Source: Octopus vulgaris (taxonomy: Eukaryota). Taken from it: DNA of 64,000 bases. The notes under the pieces were generated by a model, which had not been told where the DNA came from, searched no databases, and saw only the letters and a list, made by a program, of their open reading frames with translations. Position 1 is the stretch's first letter. Every line of letters starts with the position of its first letter. The position numbers were made by a program, and so were the translations under genes. The DNA lies in contig OX597822.1 in assembly GCA_951406725.2 (NCBI GenBank), positions 65,844,001 to 65,908,000 on the forward strand, given 5' to 3'. Positions 28,600-42,019 of the stretch are shown here, in pieces.

Positions 28600-29660
28600 T
28601 CAAATATTATATGCATATGTTGCGTATTAATTGAAGCTTTGCTATGCAATATTTGTATTGCAACAATATCTATCGTCTATCTGCGAGGGTAATTCTATAA
28701 AATAACCAAGGATTTTCTTTTACTATTTTCCTATGTAGATTTGTTACATGGTGTTTGATGTAATGTATTGCTATTGTTCATTGTTTTAAATAAAAAGAAA
28801 CGTTGCACTTGACTGCCAAATATAAGAGAGGAAATTGAAACGATTCCATCTCTTAATTTTACAGATAAATTGTTAATTTGCATTGATCCTTTAAATTTTA
28901 TTCTCAGGTTTTTCATGTTTGCATTATGCCTTTCTATTCTGCCTGTTAACTTTCATCCTATTGTTTTCGTAATACATCGTAGTGTCACTTTAGGTTTAAC
29001 GCAGTACATTGTATGTTTTGTTTTATATTTGTCTTCACTGATCGTCTCTTTGTATGTGTTTGTTTTATGCAATACAATTTAGATGTAATATTTGGATTTT
29101 CAGTAGGGGTAGTGTTTATTATATTTGCTGCATTATATTTTTGTATCTATTCACATGAAGCTTGGTCTACTGATGTGTCTATATATCTGTTGTTAATTAC
29201 TTTATGTTTCATTCCGCAGAAAATCTAAATTCTCTCCTCAGAAGTTATTTTACAACTGACATTTTGAAGTTATATGAGCATTTGCTATATCCATTGAGAT
29301 ATGCCCGTTTGTTTGTATCTTTTGTGTTAACAACCGTAATGTATCTATTGTTTATAATATGAATGTTTATGTCTAGAACTGGACTTGCACCACTCTTGCT
29401 TTCAATATCAAATTTTATTACTGAGTTGTTGTCTACGTCTTTATTATCTCGACGTTTTCTAATGTGTCATGATATATTACCGACATATGTAGTGAAATCT
29501 TTTTTCGTTTTAGCTTCAGATATAATTTCGCTTTCTATGGTAGCAATGTATATTGTAGTAAAAATGAACCATAAGGGAGATACCATAGTTATTCCGTCTT
29601 ATTGCTTATATAGCGTGCTTGTGGGTTGCAAAATGGTACTGTTGTTGTGAAAATTACTTG
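28600..29660 (-). mobile_element. degenerate PLE RT relic
   Basis: LYKQ*DGITMVSPL (motif B-like), YVGN at the YVDD position, VIKFDIE..PVLDINI. Confidence 0.55.
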
Positions 29661-29775
29661 CAGTATTTTAATACTTTTGCTGGTATCACGCGTTTTTCAT
29701 TCTAGGTGTTTGAATACAACATAATATATAATATGATATAATACAATATATTATAGTATAATATAACATAACATG

Positions 29776-29820
<45 letters not shown>

Positions 29821-30205
29821 GCCGAAGATGTGGCTGTGTGGTAACATGAGCTTTTTCTAAATACATGGTTCTGGGCTCAGTCTCACTGCGTAACATTTTG
29901 GGCAGGTGTGTTCCAGTACAGGCTCGGATGGACCGAAAACTTTTTAGTAGATTGGAAAGACGGAAACGCAAAGGAACACGTAGCGTGTATATATATATAT
30001 GTGTGTGTGTGTGTATTTGTGCCTGTGCTTATCCCCTACAATCGTTTGACTACTGGTGCTGATGCTTTTACGTCACCGTAACTTAGCGGTTTGGAAAAAT
30101 AGATTAATATAATAAATACCACCTGTACAAAAAGCAAGTATGTTCGTTCGATTAAAATTCTTCGAGACGGTGGCCAGCATGGCCGAACTTACGCGGCTGC
30201 AACAT
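29821..30205 (+). mobile_element. SINE family A, diverged
   Basis: gtggctgtgtggtaa head, cgtaacttagcggtt body, ccagcatggccg tail. Confidence 0.75.
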
Positions 30206-30255
30206 GTAAAATATTTTGTATACATACATACATACATACATACATGCATACATAC

Positions 30256-30290
<35 letters not shown>

Positions 30291-31073
30291 ACAAAAGGGT
30301 TTAGCAAAGATTTGCTTCACCACACACCGAAGTTTAGAAATAGCAGCCAAAAATTTTAGCTATTTCTTCTACTTTAAAAATGGACTCCTAGAGAAACTAA
30401 AATACTTGAAGACAATTCACACAGGCAGAGAGTAAAGCAACGAAAATCAATTAATCATATATCTGGTCATCCATGGACGCGCGTTTCGGAATTAGGTTTT
30501 GCATAAAAAATATAAAATTATACTTTACTAACCATTTTCTTCATCAGCATGGCATTCCACAATAATTCGAGGGTACTAGAATAGTTGAATATATCTCTCC
30601 ACCTAACGGTATCAGACAGATCATATTCAGTGTTAGAACCGCTGAATTCAAAATATGAATGAGGTTCGCTTAGCTTCCCCCGCCCGTCCGTGTGTGTCGT
30701 CAAGTAAACTACAACAGAAAAAAATCTGCAGTTTGTTATCGGGGAGAAAATTCTATTAACAATAATAACAAAGGGTAAAATTAACTAATTAAGAAGTAAT
30801 CAATAATTTCACCAAGTAGAATTCGGTCTGAAAAAGGACCATTTCACGGTAAACTTAAGTAATACTTAATAAAAGGGTTCAGAAACAAACAAACAATGGA
30901 TTGTGATGTTTTAGCAACATTTCAACGTTCAATATTAGCGAAATTTCAAAGACGAATATCTCATCACACGAACTCCGTGCCCTAATAAGTTGTTGTTTAT
31001 ATTTGAATATTTGAAAACAAAGTCTTCAAATTAGTTATTTCGTAATTCAAGATCGGAACATATTCTTACTTGT

Positions 31074-31175
31074 CCCTGAAGATACCCGGCAATATATGTT
31101 TTTTTTTTTTTTTACATCAGTAATCGTTTGAATGTTGATAACTCAAACATACTGTTGGACTGAAACATGTGTAGG
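31074..31175 (+). ncRNA. degenerate hammerhead-like motif with long stem II
   Basis: cc-CTGAAGA..ccggcaatatatg/catactgttgg..GAA-ACATGTGT-A-gg. Confidence 0.35.
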
Positions 31176-31368
31176 TTTCTTTTAAGATATTTTTTGGTTG
31201 TTTTGTTGATACGGTTTCTTTCATTCTTTTTCTTATATGTATCATATTCAATTTGCATTACTTTTCCAGTTTGATACAAATAAAATGAACGAAGTATCTA
31301 TTATATTTTTTCTTCATTTTGTTTTTTTAACTATATACATATCTATGTATACACATACACACACATAC

Positions 31369-31465
<97 letters not shown>

Positions 31466-31692
31466 TGCTTAGAATATGATTATAATTATAAATAAGGGCT
31501 CAGAAGATTGTAGTGGTCGGACGTATTTGGTGTCTTTTTCTAGCATATAGGCACAGTAACTTCTGTGCCGTTAATTACAATTATATTCCACATAATTATA
31601 GATCTGTATATAAATTTTACCTAAAAGGTATTTTTACATGCTGGCCACTGATAAAATTCATAAAATTTTTATTATTTTATCCTTCAATTATT

Positions 31693-31724
<32 letters not shown>

Positions 31725-31828
31725 TGTATGTATGTATGTATGTATGTATGTATGTATGTATGTATGTATGTATGTATGTATATGTATGTATATATATATA
31801 TATATATACATATATGTATGTATATATG

Positions 31829-31906
<78 letters not shown>

Positions 31907-32952
31907 CACATACATCTATGTAGACAGCAACTTATGCGCACATTCATACATACACAGATTGGTGCATTAATGTTAAATATGGTCAAAAAATTTAAGACAT
32001 CAAATAAAAGATGTAGGACATTTCAGTAGAGAGAGTAGATGGATGTGGATATTTCCTGCAAAATACCTCAAGCAGCCCTCATGATTACATTCTGAGGTAT
32101 ATGGTGATTGATTCAAAATGACCCTATGCTCCCATTAAATCTTCTATTTATGCTGTTTAAGATATGCATTCAGTCTCTTGGTAGTTATATATTTTCAGTT
32201 GGGTAACATATTTAAGCCAATGAATACATGGGCGTATACGTGTGTGGGTACATATGTGCGTGTTAACCTCTGTCTGTGTGTGTTTGAGTAACAAGGATTA
32301 CTGTGTGTATAGCATAGGAACAGAAACAGTAAGAACGAATGGGTGGAGCTGAGTTTTGGTGTAGGAAGGTTTGTAAAAATATTTTAAATCTAAACATACA
32401 AACAGAAGAATATATACTCCATACCTGAATATATACTGTATATGTGAATATACAGTATGTTTCTCACCCTCTTGTTTAAGCACGCGCTCACACAAGTACT
32501 TATTTAAATAGACACGAATATACACTTACACATATATACACTGTTTTTTTTTCATCTACATTTGTATCTATCTAATTATTTATATTAATTAATCTTGTCA
32601 TCTATCTGTCTGCCAGTCCTGAAACCCCCTTCCCTGTCTGTCTCAGCCTCTCTCGCTCTAAATGTGTTTCATTGTACGTGTTTTAGTCTTTAAGCGCATT
32701 TATGTGTTTGCTTGAGCACGAGTGTCTATGTGTTTATGTTTATATTTCTAAGTTTATTTATCTATATCTACGTCTTCATTTCTTAGAAAACGATCAAAAT
32801 AAAGTTGTAGGTGTGATAGGAAGTGGCGATGTGACGAGGTGTGAAATATAAAGAATAGGGATGCCTAAAAGATTGTTATACAAACAGAAGGATAGAGATG
32901 AACCGGAGAGATAGTGCAAAGAAGGCAGATAGAAAGTGTATTCAAATATATA

Positions 32953-33843
32953 CGTAGTCTGATTTATAAGTATCCGGACTGTCGCCATAGCAACGAAGCT
33001 AAATCACGCAGTGTAAAGCTCCTTCGATCAGACTGACCTTGAACTCTTCTATGCATGCACACTAAGATTTAACGTTCCAGCTCACTTCCGCTGTTTACAG
33101 CAGTGCATTGAATGAAGGTATGTAGCATTTAATCGTCGCATTGACCATGATAGAAAACTGAGCAGAGAATATGCATCAAATTTTGCCAAAAGCTTAGCGA
33201 TACTTGCTCAGAGACCTACGCAAAGGTTTCAAAATTTTTTCGTCGTTCTCGACACAATCAAGATCTTGCGCAACTGAAACACGAGTGTCTTTTTTGGTCA
33301 GCTGAAAGCAGTTTGGGCACAAACTTGGCAGAGACGCGTTTCATACTCGCATCTTCAGTGATAATGGACTGAACTGAACCGTAACAATTTGCACATCCTC
33401 CGATAACTCATGGATGGTAATTCGACTATTTTCCCTCAGAGCTTCACGAGCATCTGCGATGTTTATCTCAGGTCTGCTGGTTGCGGGTCTCCCAGAACGT
33501 TGGTCAATATTGACATTAGTTTCAGCCAACTTCGAAATTGCTGAAACACTCGTACACTTGTGTATGGCTCATACACTCCTCTCCACACACTTTCTGTAAC
33601 TTTGCCTCGGCCTCTGACCAGGTATCGCCATGACAGCTTACTCTGTCATGGTCAATGCGTCGATCAGACGTTACATATCTTCTTTCCAAATGCTGCTGTA
33701 AACAGCGGAAGTGAGCTAGAAAGTTAAAACTTAGTGCAAATGCACAACAGAGATTAAGGTCAATTTCCGCCAAGTCGCTTTACTCTGCATGCTTTAGCTT
33801 CGTAACTATGGCACCGGTCAGGATACTTATTGATCAGACCTCG
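32953..33843. mobile_element. mariner derivative made of two inverted 5' ends; TA flanks
   Basis: TIRs cgtagtctgatttataagtatcc / ggatacttattgatcagacctcg between TA dinucleotides. Minus strand encodes the HTH region RSGRP..RITIHELSE..VSAKFVPKLLS. Confidence 0.9.
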
Positions 33844-36800
33844 TAGTATGTCAGTAATGTGACTCTATTTTCGCAACGAATTGCTATTTGTCTTTAGCCG
33901 TTACACAATAACATTAAGTTCTTTTGTTACTAATTGACTCCCTATCTAAGGCCAGGCCATCGATCAATGCATTATGCTCTCTTGCCTGCGACTAGTTGGA
34001 ATGTCCTTCTCTGTAACCTGCTAGATATAGCTACTAAACCTCTAGTGATTCGCACCTTTGTTTCAAGCCAAAGAAGACATGTTGAATAATGTAGCCCTAG
34101 TGAGATGTATTATGATTGAAAGAATACGCTGTTAGTCACGAGTTTAATCGCTTAGGTATGATCTAATGTCATGACTAAGGAAGAAGTATTGGGTAAAAGA
34201 GGTCTAGATACACTTTGACTAACTCTAAGTCGGGATGTCATTTGATCGGAGGGACACATACCGTTGAGTATACGTTTCGCCGATTAAACTTGAACTGGAC
34301 CTAAGCAATGAAAACCTCTGTGTTATTTAGCTTGAGGTTTAGCTCTGCAAACCTTTGCATCAAACAGGCCAACAAGAGATTATTTATGAGATAACTTAAT
34401 ATTTCCGAAATAGCAGTTAAATCTCCTTTGAATTAGTCTCTTATTGTCTTGAGAAAGGATACCATGATTAATGAATTCCGTATATATTTCTTCTGAAAGG
34501 CAAAATTAAAAAAACCAAGACGATACGGTTCAAGAATTCGCTATTCTTGAGGTTCCATTTGCACAATCTCCCCTGACCTGATGCTAAGTGAAATGACCTT
34601 GATATCAATTGTCTCTAATCTTGAAGTTGATTGTAAATATTCACTTAGGATAGAGAGTTCAACTTCTGACTTCATTGAACTTAGAAGGGTTTTGATTTCA
34701 GCTGTGACAACGGAAATCTTGTTGTCAGACGAGCTCTAATGTGGTAGGATTGAGTTACTGGTAAAAAGATATAACAATTGCAACTAATACTACTGGGACA
34801 ACTACTTCCGATACCATAACTATCAATGATACCACAATGGGAATTATCGATTTCGTCGCTCAATATATTATAAATAGCAGCTGTAGCTGCCTCATATTAC
34901 ATTTTACAATATTAAATAGTTAATGCAGTCCTCTTACCCACATCAAAAGTCGCAGGATGATTACAACTAGTTACATCATAGTGACTGGTTCATTTACGTT
35001 GATCAAAAGTAATCCTCGTCGTATTCATCATCATTAACATCATCATCATCATCAAAAACACCACCACCACCACAACAACAACAACCAACACCACCACTAT
35101 CAGCACCACCACCACCACCTCCACTTCCACCGCAACAGTCTTTCAGATTTTCAAAGCCCTTTAACGGAACCGGGAAGGCTTGACCGCTAATCAGGCCTTT
35201 CAGTACACTCTCAACTTCAGAAACCATCGAAAACTACAGATTCTTATAGTGCACGCGGATGCCTTCACTTATTGTGACTAACATACGTAAGCATTATCTC
35301 AGCAAATTCATTCCCACTATGAATTCGACAAAACTGTAATTACATGAAAGACTGCGTTTGATAAAGTATACATTTAAAAAGTAGTTGATTAAATATACAC
35401 TAGAGTATATATACTTACCTCACTGAAACCAGGAAATGCTAAAACCCAAAGAATGATATAAACAAAGTCCAGCAAGCCCGTTACTTTGATCTATTTATAT
35501 TAGTGAACTTGTCTGTCTTCAGATATATTCACAGATTATTTACGATGCTGCTGTCGTGTAGCTGTATGTTGTTTGTAGTACTGAGAATGTTGTGTACAAA
35601 AAGCTCGACCATAATGTTGTCTGGAAGCCACTTATCTTGATTGCGTTAGACGATTGGTCACTAATCTGATTGTTGCAATAACCTAAATCTAATCTCCCAT
35701 GTGTACATGCCACAAGAAAGCACACAGAAGAGAAAATATCTCAAAGAATATACCTCATGTCTCAGTCTTTAACTATTTAGAGCGTTGCAAAATGTTTAGC
35801 GCTAAATCAGTCTTTATCTTAAATGTCAAGACTAACAATTTTCCTATACATACATACATACATACATACATACATACACTCATGAAAAAAAAAATATATG
35901 TATAATACACATACAAACACACACACATTCGATAAACTCGACAAGTATTTTCTAACATATTGTAGAACAAGGTAAACACAAAAATGTAGCAAAGTATCAG
36001 TTGCCTTTATTAAACCACATAACATCCCTTGCACCTGATTTTGGAAAAAATTCTAACATCTTAATCATGTGGTAGTATCCACCTTTAAATACAATTCCAC
36101 AACCGCGCTGTATTAGAAATAACTTGGAAAGTTTCACATATTAAACAATGCTTGCTGAAAGCGTTAAATAAACTTCTCCTGTTGATATTTGGTTATAAAA
36201 TCTTTTATTGCTTTCTGGCATTCACTTACAACATACGAATTCATTAATATGCAAAGTAGAGAAATTTTATTAAAAGCGTACTTCTGAAATACGATAATGA
36301 GCAATGGTCCAAAATGTTACGAATAATCCTTGTTTCATTTTACAACATTATCTTCAAAACGATGGCGTAGTACTCAGTGAAAAATTAACCGTGGTGGCGA
36401 CTGCTGAAACGAATTAAAACGTAAACAAGTATTAAAGTATGCGTTGTGACAATAAGGAAAAAAGAAAATGCAACGTTGGATATTATAAAATGAAACAGAA
36501 CATCGTTTCATAGCCCGTAGTTTTCATTCTTAGTAAACTGAAATAGTGTTCTATAAAATGTCAGACACTCAAAATAAATCCGTGGTGAGAAGCTGAATAC
36601 ATCAATTAGTTCAGATAAGAATGAGTAAGTTCAGTTAGAATAGAGCTATTTACTCTAAGAAACAAAACTAGGGAATATAATACGGAGCTTTATCTGTGTT
36701 TTCTGCATGTAATTAACTTGATACACTTATAGCTATGTATCTGTAAAGGATTCTATACTATTTCTCAAATAAAAAAGAGTATCTTCGTTTGAAATCCAAA

Positions 36801-37792
36801 TGAATGCTTTAAAAGCTTTCAACTCATATCATCATCACATTTCTCATTAGGATTAAAGTGAGATGAAATACGTGTAACTAGAACTGGTTAGCAGTCAAAT
36901 TTGGTAAAATTTTGATTTCTTGGTATTCTCATCACTTTGCCGTAACGAGGTGTTTCCATTTGTGTATCTTCACAAGATACCGACACAAACATAGACACAA
37001 TAGAAACCCAGGATTAATTCCTTTCTAAAAAATACAACGAACATAAATTTGAAGGGAAAACAGCATGATCTTTGTCTATCTCCTTACCCTTTTGGAGGTT
37101 TTAGGTAAACTTATACTAATGTGTCTATCTGTTTTAATTTAATTTAATTCTATGTATTTATGCAGCTGAGGATTGATCTGCATTTAAATTGATGTAACGG
37201 TTGCATTGTACGATTAAATGGAGTCGCTTGAAACGATCGTACTGCATTACGTCTGGGTATCCTGTTGCTTATTTTGATTATATATATATGTATATAACGT
37301 TGAAATATTTACGTTTACAAAGATATTATAAATATTAAAGAAGGAATATAAAGGGAAATACGTAATTGCGCATATACGCGGGTGGGTTGAAAAGTACATA
37401 AGCTGACTATGAAGGAGTCAGGTTAAAGGTATGATATCTAGCAATGATTAATAACAACAACTCTTATTAACAGCTGTATTGTGCCTTTCAAGATAACCCG
37501 ATATTTTACTGCACCTACTTTTGCAAATGCATATATATTTATATGTATGTGTGTATGTATACACACAGGCACGTCGGCAACATACGTTAATTTCTTGAAA
37601 GTGGGGTCATAACCCCAAAATATTGAAAGCAAGGTAAGTCTACATTAATTCATATATGTGTTTCCTTGTGATTTCCGTTGCATTTATTTCGCATTGTTCT
37701 GGTCTTGCCCACGATCCTTTATACAATATAATCCACACAATGTTTCATAATAAATATTCCATTATAAGATATATATATATATATATATATAT

Positions 37793-37852
<60 letters not shown>

Positions 37853-38020
37853 ATGGAGTAAATTGTAGAAAAAATAATTTGCGAAGACACTATTATATCT
37901 GTTATTATCTAGTAACAATTTTAAAATGATAATAACAGGATCAATATTATAGGTGATTGCACGCCTCCCACCTAAATATTAAATATCTGAAAGATTAAAT
38001 TTAATGAAAGGACATTCTAA

Positions 38021-38111
38021 TATGTCTACCTGCCGGAAATAACAGTCAAATTTCTTATTTAAATCACCAAATTTAAATAATAGTTTTGACTGTTATTTCC
38101 GGCAGGTAGAC

Positions 38112-38114
<3 letters not shown>
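38021..38114. repeat. hairpin with 30-bp perfect outer stem
   Basis: tatgtctacctgccggaaataacagtcaaa ... tttgactgttatttccggcaggtagacata. Confidence 0.9.
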
Positions 38115-38165
<51 letters not shown>

Positions 38166-38199
38166 TATGGGATATTTTGCTAAGAACGTAGTAGAGTAG

Positions 38200-38730
38200 A
38201 GAATAAAGCTCGTTCACATTCACATTTAACTTGTGCCATCCAGTAGGAGTATTATAAGTACTTCCAGGTTTGTGGTTGGTCATATGTCGTATGTGATTGA
38301 TAATTGAAAAATATTGGAGTCAAAACGAAGAGGTACGGTTGGGCATTAACTTTTAATCACTTCAATTGTTTCCACGCACCTAGTTCTCTAGATGTGCAAT
38401 TACTTGATCATGCAAGTGTTTCACTGCATCATGAGATCTAGTTGTGTTTCCTCAGGCGATATGTAAATATTGTCTTCGTAAGTTTCGAATCCTCGACTTC
38501 AAGAACATCCTTTGTGTCTTCATGGCCTGAATTTAGTAGTAGTCACTGAGCTTATTAGGGTGTGTTGTTGTTGAAGGATCGTTCGGAAATTGCTTTGAAT
38601 GTGTAGATGTACAAAAATGGATATTCTGGTACTGTTAAAGTGGTAGCCGTTTGAAAGGGATTGGCATTTTTTACATTTGTGTCTCTGAATTGGTTCTTCA
38701 TGGCTGATTACACATGCGGTTGTCCTTAAC
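38200..38730 (-). mobile_element. probable PLE 3' end with hammerhead-like motif (38356-38460)
   Basis: atcgc-CTGAGGA-long stem II-GAA-ACAATTGA-A-gtgat, downstream of a degenerate coding-like stretch. Confidence 0.5.
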
Positions 38731-38865
38731 TAACTTTCAAGATTCAAAGCCCGTACACGTGCACATAAACACGCAGACACATTCACACAATCAAACACAA
38801 ACATACATGCATATATATTTATACGTTCACATACAGATATATACATATACAAACATGTAAGACAA

Positions 38866-38956
<91 letters not shown>

Positions 38957-39191
38957 CGTAGATAATTAAATACACATATACATTCATGCATAAAAATACG
39001 GATATGTACGTGCACTCACATGCATACACTTATATGAATATAGGTACGTACATTCCTGCATAGCAAACAGGCAGTTAGGCACACATACAGATAAGCAGAG
39101 AAGAACACAACCCGACACACGCACACATGGATGGGGAAAGAGGAGAGGGGGAGAAAGAGAGAGAGAGAGAGATAGAGGGAGAAAGAGAGAG

Positions 39192-39222
<31 letters not shown>

Positions 39223-39306
39223 GATTTAACTGAATTATTATAATTATTTTTAATATCATTATTTTACAGAAGTGAATCTGGAAAGTGTATATTTAGCACG
39301 TTTGAG

Positions 39307-39356
<50 letters not shown>

Positions 39357-39624
39357 AAATATTTTAATCTCATACAAATTTTTCAAGCCGATGGCAACAA
39401 GGATTTAGTTGTGATCTCCATGTTGCTTGAAAACAAAATGGAGTCGTGCAACAGTTCTTCATATGATCACCGATTTCTTGATGTGGTCGGCTTGAAAAAT
39501 TATAAAAATATTCAGATATTATCTTAAATAGAAGCCAATGGTAAATTCAATGCAGAAATAAAGAATCTGTATGCAATAACCCGGTGTTGAGCACTCATTC
39601 TTATTGTTCTATATTTATATTTTC

Positions 39625-39659
<35 letters not shown>

Positions 39660-39692
39660 AGAATGTGTGTGTATGTGTGTATATATGTGCAC

Positions 39693-39734
<42 letters not shown>

Positions 39735-39764
39735 TATACACACATTTATATATATATATATATG

Positions 39765-41105
39765 TATCTATACAATATGTTACATTACTCGGTAGTCAAG
39801 ATAAAACTCTGAGTTTCAGATGCCGAAGTGAAATCCACAACACCATCTCTTCGGTTATCTGGCTATTTGAAAACGTTATGAAAAAATACCGTTAAAAATG
39901 AAGGGAAATTACTCTGTTATAACTCTGCTTTGCCTGCGTACTTATACATCGCTCGCATTTTTCGTCATAAAAATTATATAAAAATACATAAAAATATATA
40001 AAAATATATAAAAATATATAAAATCTTCTTGGGACATAACACAGAAAGCATGTTCTATCCGTTTTAGGGGACCAAAAACGTAACAGAAATTTAGTCACAT
40101 GTGGGCATGATCCTGAAAAGCTCTGTCCTTGTATTTAGACATGTGGTAGGGTCTAAGCTGCTTTTCCAGATAAGCCATCTCTCCATGTCGCATAAACCGC
40201 ACCTTCCGCTGCCGTTAGTATAGGGCTTACATCTGGCCAAAATCTTCCATTGTATGTTATAATCGACACCTTTATCTCTTAAAGACCAAATATGATTGGA
40301 TAATTGTGTCGCTTTTCTTTTGTTCCAGTGCCTAAAGCTCAAAGTGTGGTTATTGAACCTGGCCTTGAAATTACCCTCTGTCAGGCCCACGTATTTCTTC
40401 GTCGAAACGGTAATTTCAAGGCCAGGTAATTTCAAGGCCAGGTTCAATAACCACACTTTGAGCTTTAGGCACTGGAACAAAAGAAAAGCGACACAATTAT
40501 CCAATCATATTTGGTCTTTAAGAGATAAAGGTGTCGATTATAACATACAATGGAAGATTTTGGCCAGATGTAAGCCCTATACTAACGGCAGCGGAAGGTG
40601 CGGTTTATGCGACATGGAGAGATGGCTTATCTGGAAAAGCAGCTTAGACCCTACCACATGTCTAAATACAAGGACAGAGCTTTTCGGATCATGCCCACAT
40701 GTGACTAAATTTCTGTTACGTTTTTGGTCCCCTAAAGAAAACGGATAGAACATGCTTTCTGTGTTATGTCCCAAGAAGATCTTATATATTTTTATATATT
40801 TTTATATATTTTTATGTATTTTTATATAATTTTTATGACGAAAAATGCGAGCGATGTATAAGTACGCAGGCAAAGCAGAGTTATAACAGAGTAATTTCCC
40901 TTCATTTTTAACGGTATTTTTTCATAACGTTTTCAAATAGCCAGATAACCGAAGAGATGGTGTTGTGGATTTCCACTTCGGCATCTGAAACTCAGAGTTT
41001 TATCTTGACTACCGAGTAATGTAACATATTGTATAGATAAATTTCCTCTATTTACATAATATTGAGGTCTCTTTCTTTCTTTTGTTATCTTACCGTTTTA
41101 TCAAT
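39765..41105. mobile_element. young PLE fold-back: two divergent GIY-YIG/pLTR copies (arms 39765-40375 and 40425-41039)
   Basis: KKYVGLTEGNFKARFNNH..LSNHIWSLRD..IQWKIL..CGLCDMERWLI..LNTRTELFGSCPH. Arms are near-identical. Confidence 0.93.
40943..41005 (+). ncRNA. variant type-I hammerhead-like motif (mirror copy at 39799-39860, minus)
   Basis: agataa-CCGAAGA-gatg..catc-t-GAAA-ctc-a-gag-TT-ttatct. Confidence 0.6.
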
Positions 41106-41198
41106 ATATATATATATGTATATACATATATGTATATACATATATATGTATATACATATATATGTATATATATATATACATACATGAATATCCATCCA

Positions 41199-41234
<36 letters not shown>

Positions 41235-41243
41235 ATCTATCTA

Positions 41244-41351
<108 letters not shown>

Positions 41352-41956
41352 TATATTGATAACGAAAGAGTGAGTGAAAAAAGAGTGAGAATAAGAAAAA
41401 AGTGAGAGCACGACACAAAGTCAGAGAGGTGCATGTACTATAATATGAATGCGTAATTATATTTTATGATGATATCTCCCGAATGTATCTATAAATCTAT
41501 GCATATTTTATGGACGATCGTCACCGTAAGAAGTGTCATGTTGTAAAATTACTGTTTATATTACCAACACTCTGTAAATCAGATATAACACAAGGTTAAC
41601 TCACCACACGGGACAAGCTTCATCCCTTCTGCCACTCTTCCTTTCCACTGTTATTTATATTTGTCCTGTATTTATTCCTTTTGTTCTCTTCTACGGTTGG
41701 ATTTCCGTTATTTGCTTCTGTGAGTTAAAAATTTGTTGGTGACATATAGATATATATTTATATTTATCACCGTATGTGTGGGCTACGTATGTATCTTCTG
41801 TGACACACACACACATACACACACATATACATACATATATATCACGTGATCACGTGACCGACCAGACCAGATGTTGTTATACATCGCTGGTCACAATGCG
41901 TTCGCATTGTTTTAGCCTTCAAATGACGCCACCCCGCTGGCTAGGCGAGCAGGCCA

Positions 41957-42019
<63 letters not shown>

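Noticed and set aside
40091-40748. Two mirror ORFs of 137 and 150 aa as genes
   Set aside because: Their N-terminal parts are antisense read-through of the palindrome; only the GIY-YIG C-terminal part is real PLE sequence.
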